A DNA stretch of 64,000 nt from the NCBI GenBank assembly GCA_045643205.1, contig JAZUKI010000005.1:5597-69596 (forward strand), in the 5' to 3' direction. The notes below the pieces were generated by a model. That model saw only the letters and a list, made by a program, of their open reading frames with translations, had not been told where the DNA came from and did no database searches. Each line of letters opens with the position of its first letter. Position 1 is the first letter of the stretch. Positions 48,626 through 58,243 of this stretch are shown in pieces. Source of the DNA: Clostridia bacterium. Its GTDB lineage: Bacteria > Bacillota > Clostridia > TANB77 > CAG-508. The position numbers were made by a program, and so were the translations under genes.

Positions 48626-48910
48626 TTATTTTGCACTAGCTGATGCTGCTTTTTGTCCGCTATGACCTTTGAAAGTTCTAGTTGGAGCAAATTCTCCTAA
48701 TTTATGTCCAATCATTTCTTCTGTTATATAGATTGGAACATGCTTTCTTCCGTCATGAACAGCAATTGTAAGTCCTACCATTTGTGGATAAATTGTAGAA
48801 GCTCTTGACCATGTCTTAATAACTTCTTTGTTTCCACTTTCGTTCATTGCGTCTACTCTCTTTAATAATTCAGGTGCAATGAATGGTTTCTTTTTACTTG
48901 ATCTTGACAT
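48626..48910 (-). CDS. rpsS: 30S ribosomal protein S19
   Basis: 94 aa, with [42 protein letters not shown]. Confidence 0.97.
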   Translation of the reverse strand: MSRSSKKKPFIAPELLKRVDAMNESGNKEVIKTWSRASTIYPQMVGLTIAVHDGRKHVPIYITEEMIGHKLGEFAPTRTFKGHSGQKAASASAK

Positions 48911-48929
48911 TTAAATTACTCCTTCCTTA

Positions 48930-49757
48930 TTATTTTCTTCTCTTTGTTATTAATCTGTTAGACTTTTTATGTTTTGCTCTTGTCTTATATCCAAGTGCTG
49001 GTTTACCCCAAGGTGTCATTGGACCTGCATGTCCTACTGGTGCTTTTCCTTCACCACCACCATGAGGGTGATCGTTAGGGTTCATTGCTGATCCTCTAAC
49101 CTCAGGACGTTTTCCTAAATGTCTTGTAGCTCCGGCTTTACCTAATTTAACATTTTCATGTTCTTCATTTCCGATAACACCGATTGTAGCTTTACATGTA
49201 TCTAATACTAATCTCATTTCTCCAGAAGGTAATCTTAAATGTACATATTTTCCTTCTTTAGCCATAAGTTGTGCAGATTGTCCTGCAACTCTAACAAGTT
49301 TTGCTCCTTGATTTGGATTAATTTCAATATTATGAATTAATGTACCAACAGGGATGTTTGCCATCTTCATGCAGTTTCCAACTCTAATGTCAGCTTTTTC
49401 TGCAGAAATAACTTTATCTCCGTTCTTTAATCCTTTAGGTGCTAAGATGTAACTTAATGTTCCATCTTCATATTTTATTAAAGCGATATTTGCTGATCTG
49501 TTTGGATCGTATTCAATTCCGATTACTTCAGCTTTCATATCAACTTTGTTTCTCTTGAAATCAATAATTCTATATTTTTGTCTATTTCCACCACCTTGAT
49601 GTCTTACTGTGATTTTACCTTGAGCATTTCTTCCTGATTTTTGTTTCTTTACAGCTAGTAAAGATTTTTCAGGAGTTTTCTTTGTGATTTCAGCAAAATC
49701 AGAAACAGATTTATTTCTAAGTGTTGGAGTTGTTGGTCTAAATTTTCTTGTTCCCAT
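48930..49757 (-). CDS. rplB: 50S ribosomal protein L2
   Basis: 275 aa, with [18 protein letters not shown]. Confidence 0.98.
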   Translation of the reverse strand: MGTRKFRPTTPTLRNKSVSDFAEITKKTPEKSLLAVKKQKSGRNAQGKITVRHQGGGNRQKYRIIDFKRNKVDMKAEVIGIEYDPNRSANIALIKYEDGTLSYILAPKGLKNGDKVISAEKADIRVGNCMKMANIPVGTLIHNIEINPNQGAKLVRVAGQSAQLMAKEGKYVHLRLPSGEMRLVLDTCKATIGVIGNEEHENVKLGKAGATRHLGKRPEVRGSAMNPNDHPHGGGEGKAPVGHAGPMTPWGKPALGYKTRAKHKKSNRLITKRRK

Positions 49758-49856
49758 TTTTATTTCTCCTTATTTTTTTATATAACGTTTTTTCCTGCCG
49801 TTATTACAGATATTCTTTAATATCCGAGTAATTTCTCGATAGTTGGATTAACTTAA

Positions 49857-50197
49857 TTAGTTAATTCCTTCAATTGAAGTATTTACTTTCTTGCTAACCT
49901 TTGTTGCTTTACCTTTCTTTCCTAAATACTCTTTGTCTGTAGGATTTGTGTCGATAACAACGATTGCTTTTTTCCAATCAGATGTTTTTCCTTCATATCT
50001 TCCTACTCTTTTCATTTTTCCTTTTACGTTAATTGTATTAACATCAAGAACTTTTACATTGAATAATTTTTCAACAGCATTCTTAATATCAATCTTAGTA
50101 GCTTTCTTATTTACTTTGAAAACATACTTTCCATTAGCAATATCTTCATTGCTTTTTTCAGTAACGATAGGTTTTACGATAATATCTTCTGCAACCA

Positions 50198-50198
<1 letters not shown>
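49857..50198 (-). CDS. rplW: 50S ribosomal protein L23 (with C-terminal extension of about 15-20 aa)
   Basis: [34 protein letters not shown]. Its ATG overlaps the rplD stop. Confidence 0.94.
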
Positions 50199-50818
<620 letters not shown>

Positions 50819-50837
50819 ATCTATCTGTCCTCCTTTC

Positions 50838-51467
50838 CTATGCTTTTACACTTGATTTAATTTTTAATATAGAACCCTTAGCTCCAGGAACGCTTCCTTT
50901 AACTAAGATAACATTCTTGTCTGTATCAACTCTAACAATTGCTAAATTTTGAATTGTTATTGTTTGTACACCCATATGTCCTGGTAATCTCTTACCCTTG
51001 TATACTCTACCTGGTGTAGATGTAGATCCCATTGAACCTGGTCTTCTATGATACATAGAACCATGTCCCATAGGTCCTCTTGATTGTCCCCAACGTTTGA
51101 TAACGCCTTGGAATCCTTTTCCTTTTGAAGTTCCTTGGATATCAACTTTTTCGCCTTCTGCAAATACATCAGCTTTAAGTTCATCTCCAACTTTAATTCC
51201 TTCAATTGAATCAAGTCTTACTTCTTTTAAATATTTTTTAGGAGCAATATTGCTCTTTTTAAATTTTCCTAATTCTGGTTTGTTTAATTTTGATTCTTTA
51301 ACTTCACCAAATCCTAATTGTACAGCTGTGTAACCATCTTGTTCTACTGTTTTGATTTGTGTAACAGTACATGGTCCAACTTCGATTGCTGTAACAGGAA
51401 TTGTTTTTCCGTTTTCGTCGAAAATTTGTGTCATTCCGACTTTCTTTCCTATTAATGCCTTCTTCAT
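50838..51467 (-). CDS. rplC: 50S ribosomal protein L3
   Basis: 209 aa, with [16 protein letters not shown] and [12 protein letters not shown]. Confidence 0.97.
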   Translation of the reverse strand: MKKALIGKKVGMTQIFDENGKTIPVTAIEVGPCTVTQIKTVEQDGYTAVQLGFGEVKESKLNKPELGKFKKSNIAPKKYLKEVRLDSIEGIKVGDELKADVFAEGEKVDIQGTSKGKGFQGVIKRWGQSRGPMGHGSMYHRRPGSMGSTSTPGRVYKGKRLPGHMGVQTITIQNLAIVRVDTDKNVILVKGSVPGAKGSILKIKSSVKA

Positions 51468-51622
51468 TATTTCCTCCTATTGGCTAACTTTCTGTTAGCT
51501 TGGCTTTTTGAAACATTCTAAATATTTAATGCTTCAATTTGATTTTGTTAATATTTAAATTCTAAATTATTTTAATTAGAAACTTTATAAGTAATTATAT
51601 AAAGTAATTAATCAATTATAAT

Positions 51623-51973
51623 TTATAGTTTAATTTCAATATCAACACCTGCTGGTAATTCAATTTTCATTAAACTATCAACTGTTTTTTGAGTTGGATA
51701 TAAAATATCGATAACTCTTTTATGAGTTCTTAACTCAAATTGTTCTCTAGAATCTTTGTGTTTGTGTGGAGAACGTAAGATTGTAACAACTTCTTTGTCA
51801 GTTGGAAGTGGAATAGGTCCTGAAACTTTTGCTCCTGTCTTTTTAGCAGTATCTACTATCTTTTCAGCAGACTGTTCTAAAACAACATGATCATAAGCTT
51901 TTAATCTTATTCTGATCTTCTCACTTTTTGTTGAAACTGTTTTTTCTGTTTTTGTCTCTTTCTTTGTTGCCAT
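51623..51973 (-). CDS. rpsJ: 30S ribosomal protein S10 (with N-terminal extension of about 15 aa)
   Basis: The core [40 protein letters not shown] is S10-like. An AAGGAGGGAAAA SD precedes the start. Confidence 0.95.
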   Translation of the reverse strand: MATKKETKTEKTVSTKSEKIRIRLKAYDHVVLEQSAEKIVDTAKKTGAKVSGPIPLPTDKEVVTILRSPHKHKDSREQFELRTHKRVIDILYPTQKTVDSLMKIELPAGVDIEIKL

Positions 51974-52210
51974 TGTTTTCCCTCCTTAAAAATTTTGTTT
52001 TTAGGTCGGATTTTATAAATGTACCCTGGTGTTTCTTTTATAACCATTAAAAAATCCAAAGAACGCATGATAATTCCTTGGCAAAAAAGTACTAACTTTA
52101 TAAAATTTGCCGCCTGGTCTTAGCCATAACATACTCCATAGAAGTTCCCTCCATCGCCCGTTTCAAAAGGTGTGTAGCCACATTCTACTTCAACGCATTA
52201 TTTAACATGC
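51974..52210 (-). promoter_or_regulatory. long structured 5' leader of the S10 operon
   Basis: The roughly 235 nt between the promoter and the rpsJ ATG are locally GC-enriched and contain several complementary segments (details in the findings). Confidence 0.6.
52050..52081 (-). terminator. terminator-like hairpin (candidate attenuator) inside the S10 leader
   Basis: The minus strand reads CCAAGGAA-ttatcatgcg-TTCTTTGG (8 bp, one G-U), followed by ATTTTTTAAT. Confidence 0.45.
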
Positions 52211-52216
52211 CCCTCT

Positions 52217-52245
52217 ATTATACCTCGGGGCGTTTCCAAAGTCAA
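52217..52245 (-). promoter_or_regulatory. sigma-A promoter of the S10 ribosomal protein operon
   Basis: The minus strand reads TTGACT, 17 nt, TATAAT. The -10 box is bracketed by GCCCC and GGGGC. Confidence 0.7.
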
Positions 52246-52295
52246 GCATTTTTTCGTTATTTTTCAGTATTTTTAGTATTTTTTTGCATGTTTTT

Positions 52296-52332
52296 TATAA
52301 AAAAATAATAAGCCCTATTTTTAGAGCTTATT
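52296..52332 (-). terminator. rho-independent terminator after the transglutaminase-like gene
   Basis: The minus-strand stem AATAAGCTCTA/TAGGGCTTATT has one G-U pair and is followed by ATTTTTTTAT. Confidence 0.75.
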
Positions 52333-52423
52333 ATTTGAATTATTTCCTTATTTTTTATCTTTTTTTATCTTTTTTGTTTTATAGTTTGTTATTTTTATAG
52401 TTTGTTTCTATTATTGTATAATT

Positions 52424-53620
52424 TTAGAATTCTATATCGCCTAAATCATCAGTTTTCTTTGTTTTTGTAGCATTCTCTGGTTGGCTTTCTATATTTAGTA
52501 GTTGACTGTAATCTTTTTTAGGATCTCTACTTAGTTTTTCCAAATATCTTTTTTCTTTTTCTGAAGCTTTTTGGCATTCTCTTACAATCTTTTGCATTCC
52601 TGTTATTTGTTTTCTTGATTGCAAATTTTCTTTTTCTATTTTTTCTAATAAATCTTTATTGCTTATTGGTACATACTCTTTATTTATATGATCATATATA
52701 TACCTTGCAAATTTTTGCTCTTTGTTTTTAGTATGAATTACTGTAAATATTTCAATAACTTCTTTAGGTAATTTTGTAGTTTCATCAATTGTATATAAGT
52801 TATCTATTCTAAAATTTTCTTTTTCTTTATAACTAAGTCCATATTTAAGCATTTGCCAATATATTCTTGTTCTCTCTGTATATCCTAAATTCTTTATTCC
52901 AGGAATTCTAGATATATCTCTAAACATTACTTCAACTCTTTCTTTAAAAGGTATACTTGTAAACATAGGATCATAAAAAGATTCTTCATTTTCTTCATCA
53001 TATACATTAGTTGATAAAAATTTATTTCTAAGTTTACTAATATATTTTCCTCCACTATAGTCGTAGTTTGTAAATCCTATGCTTTTATCTAATGCTATTT
53101 TTTCTTCTTCTCCTAAAATTCTATCGCATTGATAATCATCCTCATCATGAAATCCAAAGAAATCTGTCATACAATTTAGTTGTATATTAATTAAATCTCT
53201 CTGTAAATCACAAGAATAAAAGTGACCATCTAATTTAGCTGAAACACTATCATGAGGTATTGTTATTAAACCTGCACCATAATTTATATAGCTTTCAATT
53301 CCTACTGCTCTTAATGTATTTGCATATAATCTATTTAAATCTACACATATACCTTTAAATTTTTTATTTTCTTTAATTTGATTAAATTCAATAACATTTT
53401 CTTTAGCTAATTTAAAAATTCTTTTCTGTGCTTTGCTATTTCCTGCCAAAAATCTTTCATCATATGATAATAATTTTCCTAAATTAATATATATGTATCT
53501 TGCTTTTTGTAATTCAGTATAATCCTTTGGAATTTCATCTATCATTTTTTCAATAGCATTTTCATATATTCTAGGTATGTTCTTTTGTTCTGTTGGTAGT
53601 ATTTTTGTTTTATCTTCCAT
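52424..53620 (-). CDS. cytoplasmic transglutaminase-like (papain-fold Cys-His-Asp) protein, 398 aa
   Basis: QKARYIYINLGKLLSY..KGICVDLNRLYANTLRAVGIESYINYG..PHDSVSAKLDGHFYSCDLQRD fits the transglutaminase-core pattern G-x-C..GI..H..D. No signal peptide. The C-terminus ends in the acidic-aromatic tip DDLGDIEF. Confidence 0.6.
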   Translation of the reverse strand: MEDKTKILPTEQKNIPRIYENAIEKMIDEIPKDYTELQKARYIYINLGKLLSYDERFLAGNSKAQKRIFKLAKENVIEFNQIKENKKFKGICVDLNRLYANTLRAVGIESYINYGAGLITIPHDSVSAKLDGHFYSCDLQRDLINIQLNCMTDFFGFHDEDDYQCDRILGEEEKIALDKSIGFTNYDYSGGKYISKLRNKFLSTNVYDEENEESFYDPMFTSIPFKERVEVMFRDISRIPGIKNLGYTERTRIYWQMLKYGLSYKEKENFRIDNLYTIDETTKLPKEVIEIFTVIHTKNKEQKFARYIYDHINKEYVPISNKDLLEKIEKENLQSRKQITGMQKIVRECQKASEKEKRYLEKLSRDPKKDYSQLLNIESQPENATKTKKTDDLGDIEF

Positions 53621-53646
53621 GTTATGCCTTTCATATTTTGTAGTTA

Positions 53647-55245
53647 TTATTTTTTCATTAAATCTTTAATATATTCAACTGCTTCATTTGAATCTAATCT
53701 TAAGAATATTGGAGTTCCTTGTTCTGCAACTTTTACATTTTTAAGTTCTTTATATTCTTGAAGTAAATTCCAATTAATATTAAAACTATCTAATCCTAAT
53801 TGTCTGAATATTTCATCAGATGTTTTTTTCATTAATGGTCTGATTAAAATTGCAATGCTTCTTAAGTTTGCAACTAGGTGATACATTACTGATTTTAAAT
53901 TTTCAATTCTTTTTGTTCTTTCTTCAGCTGTTTCTCCTTCTATATCTTTTGCTAATGTCCAAGGAGCTGTGTCATCAATATATTTGTTTGTTAGGTGAAC
54001 TAACTCCCAAATATCTTGAAGTGAACTTGAGAATTCACAATCATTAATATCTTTTTCATATTTTTCTATTGCAGTTTGTACTGCATTTTCAATATCAATA
54101 TCAACTTGGTTTTCTAATCCTTGGTATTCATCAATTTCTCCGCCAAAGTATTTATTAACCATAGCCACTGTACGATTTAATAAGTTTCCTAAATCATTGC
54201 ATAAATCAGAATTGTAATTTTCAACAAATTGTTCAGGTGTGAACAATCCATCTGAGTTTGATGGAACAATTTTTATTAAGCAATATTTTGTTGCATCAAG
54301 TCCATATTTTTCTATTAATTGTTCTGGGTAAATTACATTTCCTTTTGATTTACTCATCTTGCCATCTTTCATTGTAATCCAGTTATGAACATAAATTGTT
54401 TTTGGTAATGGTAAGTCTAATGCCATTAAGAATATTGGCCAATATATTAAATGGAATCTTGCTATGTCTTTTCCAACTACATGCATATCAGCTGGCCAAA
54501 ATTTGTTAAATAATGTTTCATCATCACTTCCATATCCAAGTGCTGTGATGTAGTTTGTTAGAGCATCAAGCCAAACATAAACAACATGTTTTGGATCACT
54601 TAATACTTGAACTCCCCAATCAAATGATGTACGTGTTACGCATAAATCTTCAAGTCCTGGTTTGATAAAGTTATTTATCATTTCTGTTTTTCTATAACTT
54701 GGTTTTACAAAATCAGGATGTGAATCATAATATTCTAATAATTTATCTGCATATTTTTTCATATTGAAAAAGTATGCTTCTTCTTTCATCTTCTTTACTT
54801 CTCTTCCACAGTCAGGACATTTTCCTTCTACTACTTGTGTTTCTGTAAAGTAACTTTCACAAGGTTCACAATACCAACCTTCGTATGTTCCCTTGTAGAT
54901 ATCACCTTGTTTTAAAAATCTTTCAAATATTTTTTGTACCGCTTCAACATGAAAATCATCTGTTGTTCTTATAAATTGGTTGTATTCAATGTCCATGTCT
55001 TTCCAAAGGTTCTTTGCCATGTCAGCCATTTTATCAACATATTCTTTTGGTGTTTCATTTGCTTCTATAGATTTTGTTTGAATCTTTTGTCCATGTTCAT
55101 CAGCACCAGTAAGCATGTAGCATTCATCGCCTTTTAACTCATGGTATTTCTTTACCATGTTTGTTAAAACCTCACAATATGCTGTACCAATATGGTATTT
55201 TCCACTTGGATAATAAATTGGTGTTGTAATATAAAATTTACTCAT
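53647..55245 (-). CDS. metG: methionine--tRNA ligase (short form, no C-terminal tRNA-binding domain)
   Basis: HIGH-type motif (YHIGTAY), KMSKS and a zinc knuckle (CEPCESY..CPDCG). Its ATG overlaps the upstream GT2 gene by 8 nt. Confidence 0.96.
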   Translation of the reverse strand: MSKFYITTPIYYPSGKYHIGTAYCEVLTNMVKKYHELKGDECYMLTGADEHGQKIQTKSIEANETPKEYVDKMADMAKNLWKDMDIEYNQFIRTTDDFHVEAVQKIFERFLKQGDIYKGTYEGWYCEPCESYFTETQVVEGKCPDCGREVKKMKEEAYFFNMKKYADKLLEYYDSHPDFVKPSYRKTEMINNFIKPGLEDLCVTRTSFDWGVQVLSDPKHVVYVWLDALTNYITALGYGSDDETLFNKFWPADMHVVGKDIARFHLIYWPIFLMALDLPLPKTIYVHNWITMKDGKMSKSKGNVIYPEQLIEKYGLDATKYCLIKIVPSNSDGLFTPEQFVENYNSDLCNDLGNLLNRTVAMVNKYFGGEIDEYQGLENQVDIDIENAVQTAIEKYEKDINDCEFSSSLQDIWELVHLTNKYIDDTAPWTLAKDIEGETAEERTKRIENLKSVMYHLVANLRSIAILIRPLMKKTSDEIFRQLGLDSFNINWNLLQEYKELKNVKVAEQGTPIFLRLDSNEAVEYIKDLMKK

Positions 55246-56182
55246 GCTTTCCCTTCTTTCCTTTATAAGATGATGATATTAAAATCTTTTTAATTAATGA
55301 TTTTAAATTTCTTGCTTTTATATATTTTCCTATTCTTCTTTTCTTCAATTCATCTTTATAAAATTTGTCTAATATTTTATTGTTCTTTAATTCTTTTCTA
55401 ACAGCAATCAATGAATATACTCCATAGATTCCTACGTTTTCTTTTGTTTCTTTTGCTAAGTCCATTTTAGAAGATGTTTCAATAATACTATCGAATGATG
55501 TTAGCATATCTTCTAATCTTTTTTTAATTTTATCTTCATCATTTCCTCTAGTGATACTGTATACTGTTTGAACATAGTGATATTCATGATCAGGTAATAC
55601 TGCTGCTTTTTTACTTTTTAAAAGTATTAATGGCATTATTGCAAAATCTTCATGATATTTTCCAACTGGAAATTTCATAACTATATCTTTTCTAATTGCA
55701 TAAAGCCATACACCACATAATAGTGGTTCAATTCCATATAGTTTATTAAATGCTTCTTCACCAGTCATGATTCCAACTATTTTATTTTCTGGAACAGCAA
55801 TTTCTTTTAGATATTCATCTTCAATATATGGATTCCATTTAATTAAATCACATTCTGCATTGACACATCCTTGTATGTCTTGAAGTAATGTTTCACTAAT
55901 ATAATCATCACTATCAACAAAGATAATATAATCTCCTGCAGCTTGATCAATTAAAAAGTTTCTTGTTGCTGAAACTCCTTCATTTTCTTTGAAAAAATAT
56001 TTAACGTTTTCATATTCATCAGCATATTTTTTTGAAATTTCTTTTGTATTATCATTTGAACCATCATCAGCAATTATTATTTCATATTCCATATCGCTTG
56101 GATGTTGATTTAATATTGAGTCTATTGTTCTTGATAAAGTTGTACCTGCATTATACGCTGGTATTAAAAAACTAATATTCAT
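55238..56182 (-). CDS. family 2 glycosyltransferase
   Basis: N-terminus ISFLIPAYNAG..IIIADDGSNDNT, and a DSDD (DxD) motif. Confidence 0.85.
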   Translation of the reverse strand: MNISFLIPAYNAGTTLSRTIDSILNQHPSDMEYEIIIADDGSNDNTKEISKKYADEYENVKYFFKENEGVSATRNFLIDQAAGDYIIFVDSDDYISETLLQDIQGCVNAECDLIKWNPYIEDEYLKEIAVPENKIVGIMTGEEAFNKLYGIEPLLCGVWLYAIRKDIVMKFPVGKYHEDFAIMPLILLKSKKAAVLPDHEYHYVQTVYSITRGNDEDKIKKRLEDMLTSFDSIIETSSKMDLAKETKENVGIYGVYSLIAVRKELKNNKILDKFYKDELKKRRIGKYIKARNLKSLIKKILISSSYKGKKGKHE

Positions 56183-56193
56183 AATTTCCTCAC

Positions 56194-57279
56194 TTATTTA
56201 TCATTGTTCATAACTGAAGCTAATGTATTTATAACATTTTGATTGTATACATTTGGTGAAAATGGTTGCATTCTGAAACCTTGTTGTAAGAATTGTCTCA
56301 TTCCATTTAAAACACCTGTATCTGAATTTTCAGTTACAATTCCATATTTTCCTTCTATGTCTGATTTAGCATCAGAAACATCTGTTGTAATTATAGGTAT
56401 GCCTAAGCTTAAAGCTTCAAGCCAAACTACTGGATATCCTTCAAATTGTGATGACATAAGAAGTGCACTTGATTGTGCCATATAGCAATATGGATTTAAT
56501 TTTGCTCCAAAGAAATGAATATTAGGTAAGTTTTGAGAATGTTCTTTATATTGCTCCATATCTGGACCATCACCTAATATTGCAACTCTGAATTTATATC
56601 CTTCTTGGCATAATCTTCTTGTTGCTTCAATAATTCTGCTAATTTTCTTTTGATTTTCATCTAATCTACAAACACTAATAAATGTAGGAATATTGCTTCT
56701 TACTATTTCATTTTGTGGTTGCGCTGCTTTTCTTCTAACATCATTAAAATCAATTAGGTTATTACATCTAACTAATTTAGATAATAAATTTGGCATTAAT
56801 GATGCAAATACTTTTCTATCTTTTTCAGAAACAAAAACAATTTTTTTGTATTCTTCAACTTTTAGTTCGTTATAAAATCTTTTATATTTTATAACATCAC
56901 CTTGATAAAATTCTAAGTAATCATTGTGTACCCAAAGTATTGGATTCTCACTTGCTGTACGTGCTACAAATGAACATGGATATGAATATGTAGCATAGCA
57001 AATTGATGCATCAAATTTGTTCTCGTATTCTTTCTTGAATGCAATTTGTTTTTGTAAATTTATTGTTTTTCTAATAGCTCCAATTGCAAAGTCACTTACA
57101 CTATATGTGATAACATTTACTTCTTTAGGTAAAATATCTAAATATTCACCTTCTTTTTTCTCTAGACATAATGTAATTTCATATTGTTTTGTTGCTAACA
57201 ATGTGTATATTAAATTTAATAAAGCTTTTTCAATACCTCCAATTTTTAATGAGTGTGTTGAAATTAATATTTTTTTCAT
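56194..57279 (-). CDS. GT-B fold glycosyltransferase (GT4-like)
   Basis: 361 aa. The C-terminal half has the EGYPVVWLEALSLGIPIITTD (E-x7-E) motif. Confidence 0.8.
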   Translation of the reverse strand: MKKILISTHSLKIGGIEKALLNLIYTLLATKQYEITLCLEKKEGEYLDILPKEVNVITYSVSDFAIGAIRKTINLQKQIAFKKEYENKFDASICYATYSYPCSFVARTASENPILWVHNDYLEFYQGDVIKYKRFYNELKVEEYKKIVFVSEKDRKVFASLMPNLLSKLVRCNNLIDFNDVRRKAAQPQNEIVRSNIPTFISVCRLDENQKKISRIIEATRRLCQEGYKFRVAILGDGPDMEQYKEHSQNLPNIHFFGAKLNPYCYMAQSSALLMSSQFEGYPVVWLEALSLGIPIITTDVSDAKSDIEGKYGIVTENSDTGVLNGMRQFLQQGFRMQPFSPNVYNQNVINTLASVMNNDK

Positions 57280-57389
57280 AAAACCAACCTTCTTAATAAA
57301 ATTTAATCATTCGTATATTTTTATATACTGTTTGTGATATTTTTATTTAACTGTTTTTGAATAACTTCTTACTATATTCTCTTATATTC

Positions 57390-58031
57390 TTAGTTTGTGA
57401 TAGTTACAACATTGTATCCTAAAAATAATCCTGATTCTATTACGCCTGGAATAGATTTAATTTTCTTTTCTAAGTCCATTCCAATATCAGTAAATCTTGC
57501 ATCTAAAATTGCATTATTATTTTCTGTCATTCCTCTAAAAATTGTTTCTGTTGCACCAATTTTAGTTAACTCGTTAGAAACATAGTTAACCGCTGCTGGG
57601 AATACTTCCACTGGAACTGGGTGAGATTCTCCTAGTTTTTTTACAAGTTTTGTACTATCTACTAAAATGTATGTTAATGGTGAATTTACAATGTTTAGTT
57701 TTTCTTTAAACATTGCTCTTCCCATACCTTTAATCATATTGTTCTTTTCATCAACTTCATCAGCTCCATCAAAAGCCCAATCAAGTTCATTTTCTAATAA
57801 GTTTCCTATCTTTATTCCATAACTTTTGCAAAGTTCTTCCATCTCTTTAGATGTAGGAATAGCAGTAATGTTAAGTCTTTCGCTTTGAACTTTCTTTCCT
57901 ATTTCTAATGCTGCTAAATATGAAGTACTTCCCCAACCAAATCCAATTGTTTGTCCATCTTGGACTTTTTGTGTTATTAGTTTTGCAAGTGCTTCTTTTG
58001 CCTCTCTATTGGTAATATGTTCAATGTCCAT
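57390..58031 (-). CDS. rpiA: ribose-5-phosphate isomerase A
   Basis: GFGWGSTS, DGADEVD, IKGMGRAMFKEK, PVPVEVFP and IPGVIESGLF are collinear with RpiA motifs. Confidence 0.85.
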   Translation of the reverse strand: MDIEHITNREAKEALAKLITQKVQDGQTIGFGWGSTSYLAALEIGKKVQSERLNITAIPTSKEMEELCKSYGIKIGNLLENELDWAFDGADEVDEKNNMIKGMGRAMFKEKLNIVNSPLTYILVDSTKLVKKLGESHPVPVEVFPAAVNYVSNELTKIGATETIFRGMTENNNAILDARFTDIGMDLEKKIKSIPGVIESGLFLGYNVVTITN

Positions 58032-58066
58032 ATTTCCCTCCTAATTTGCATAATTATACACATTAT

Positions 58067-58095
58067 ATTGTATATTTTTCTGGTGAATTTGTAAA
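58067..58095 (-). promoter_or_regulatory. sigma-A promoter upstream of rpiA
   Basis: The minus strand reads TTTACA, 17 nt, TACAAT. Confidence 0.6.
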
Positions 58096-58103
58096 GATTT
58101 AAG

Positions 58104-58137
58104 AGTCAAAAAGAAAGGCTTTTTAGGGCCTTTCTTT
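58104..58137 (-). terminator. rho-independent terminator after the surface-protein gene
   Basis: Stem AAAGAAAGGC/GCCTTTCTTT, followed by TTGACTC on the minus strand. The T-run is partly within the stem. Confidence 0.65.
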
Positions 58138-58243
58138 ATAGTTTTTAAGTAATTTTTAAGTTGTTAAAATTTACTGATTTTATTATTGATTTTTATTAAT
58201 TAATTTTATTTATAAATTTATTAATTAATTTTAATAATAATTT

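Noticed and set aside
50957-51214. An 85-aa minus-strand ORF in an alternative frame inside rplC.
   Set aside because: It lies entirely within the conserved L3 coding frame and has no SD.
52100-52160. An 18-codon ORF (MEGTSMEYVMAKTRRQIL) inside the S10 leader as a possible leader peptide.
   Set aside because: No SD lies upstream of its ATG, and nothing links its codon content to a known attenuation logic. This cannot be supported from sequence alone.
52276-52294. The motif GTATTTTTT(T)GCATGTTTT is shared between the region upstream of the S10 promoter and the region upstream of the AbrB-like promoter (62731-62748).
   Set aside because: There are only two copies in T-rich DNA, and they lie at different distances (31 versus 57 nt) from the -35 boxes. 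This cannot be distinguished from chance without a genome-wide count.
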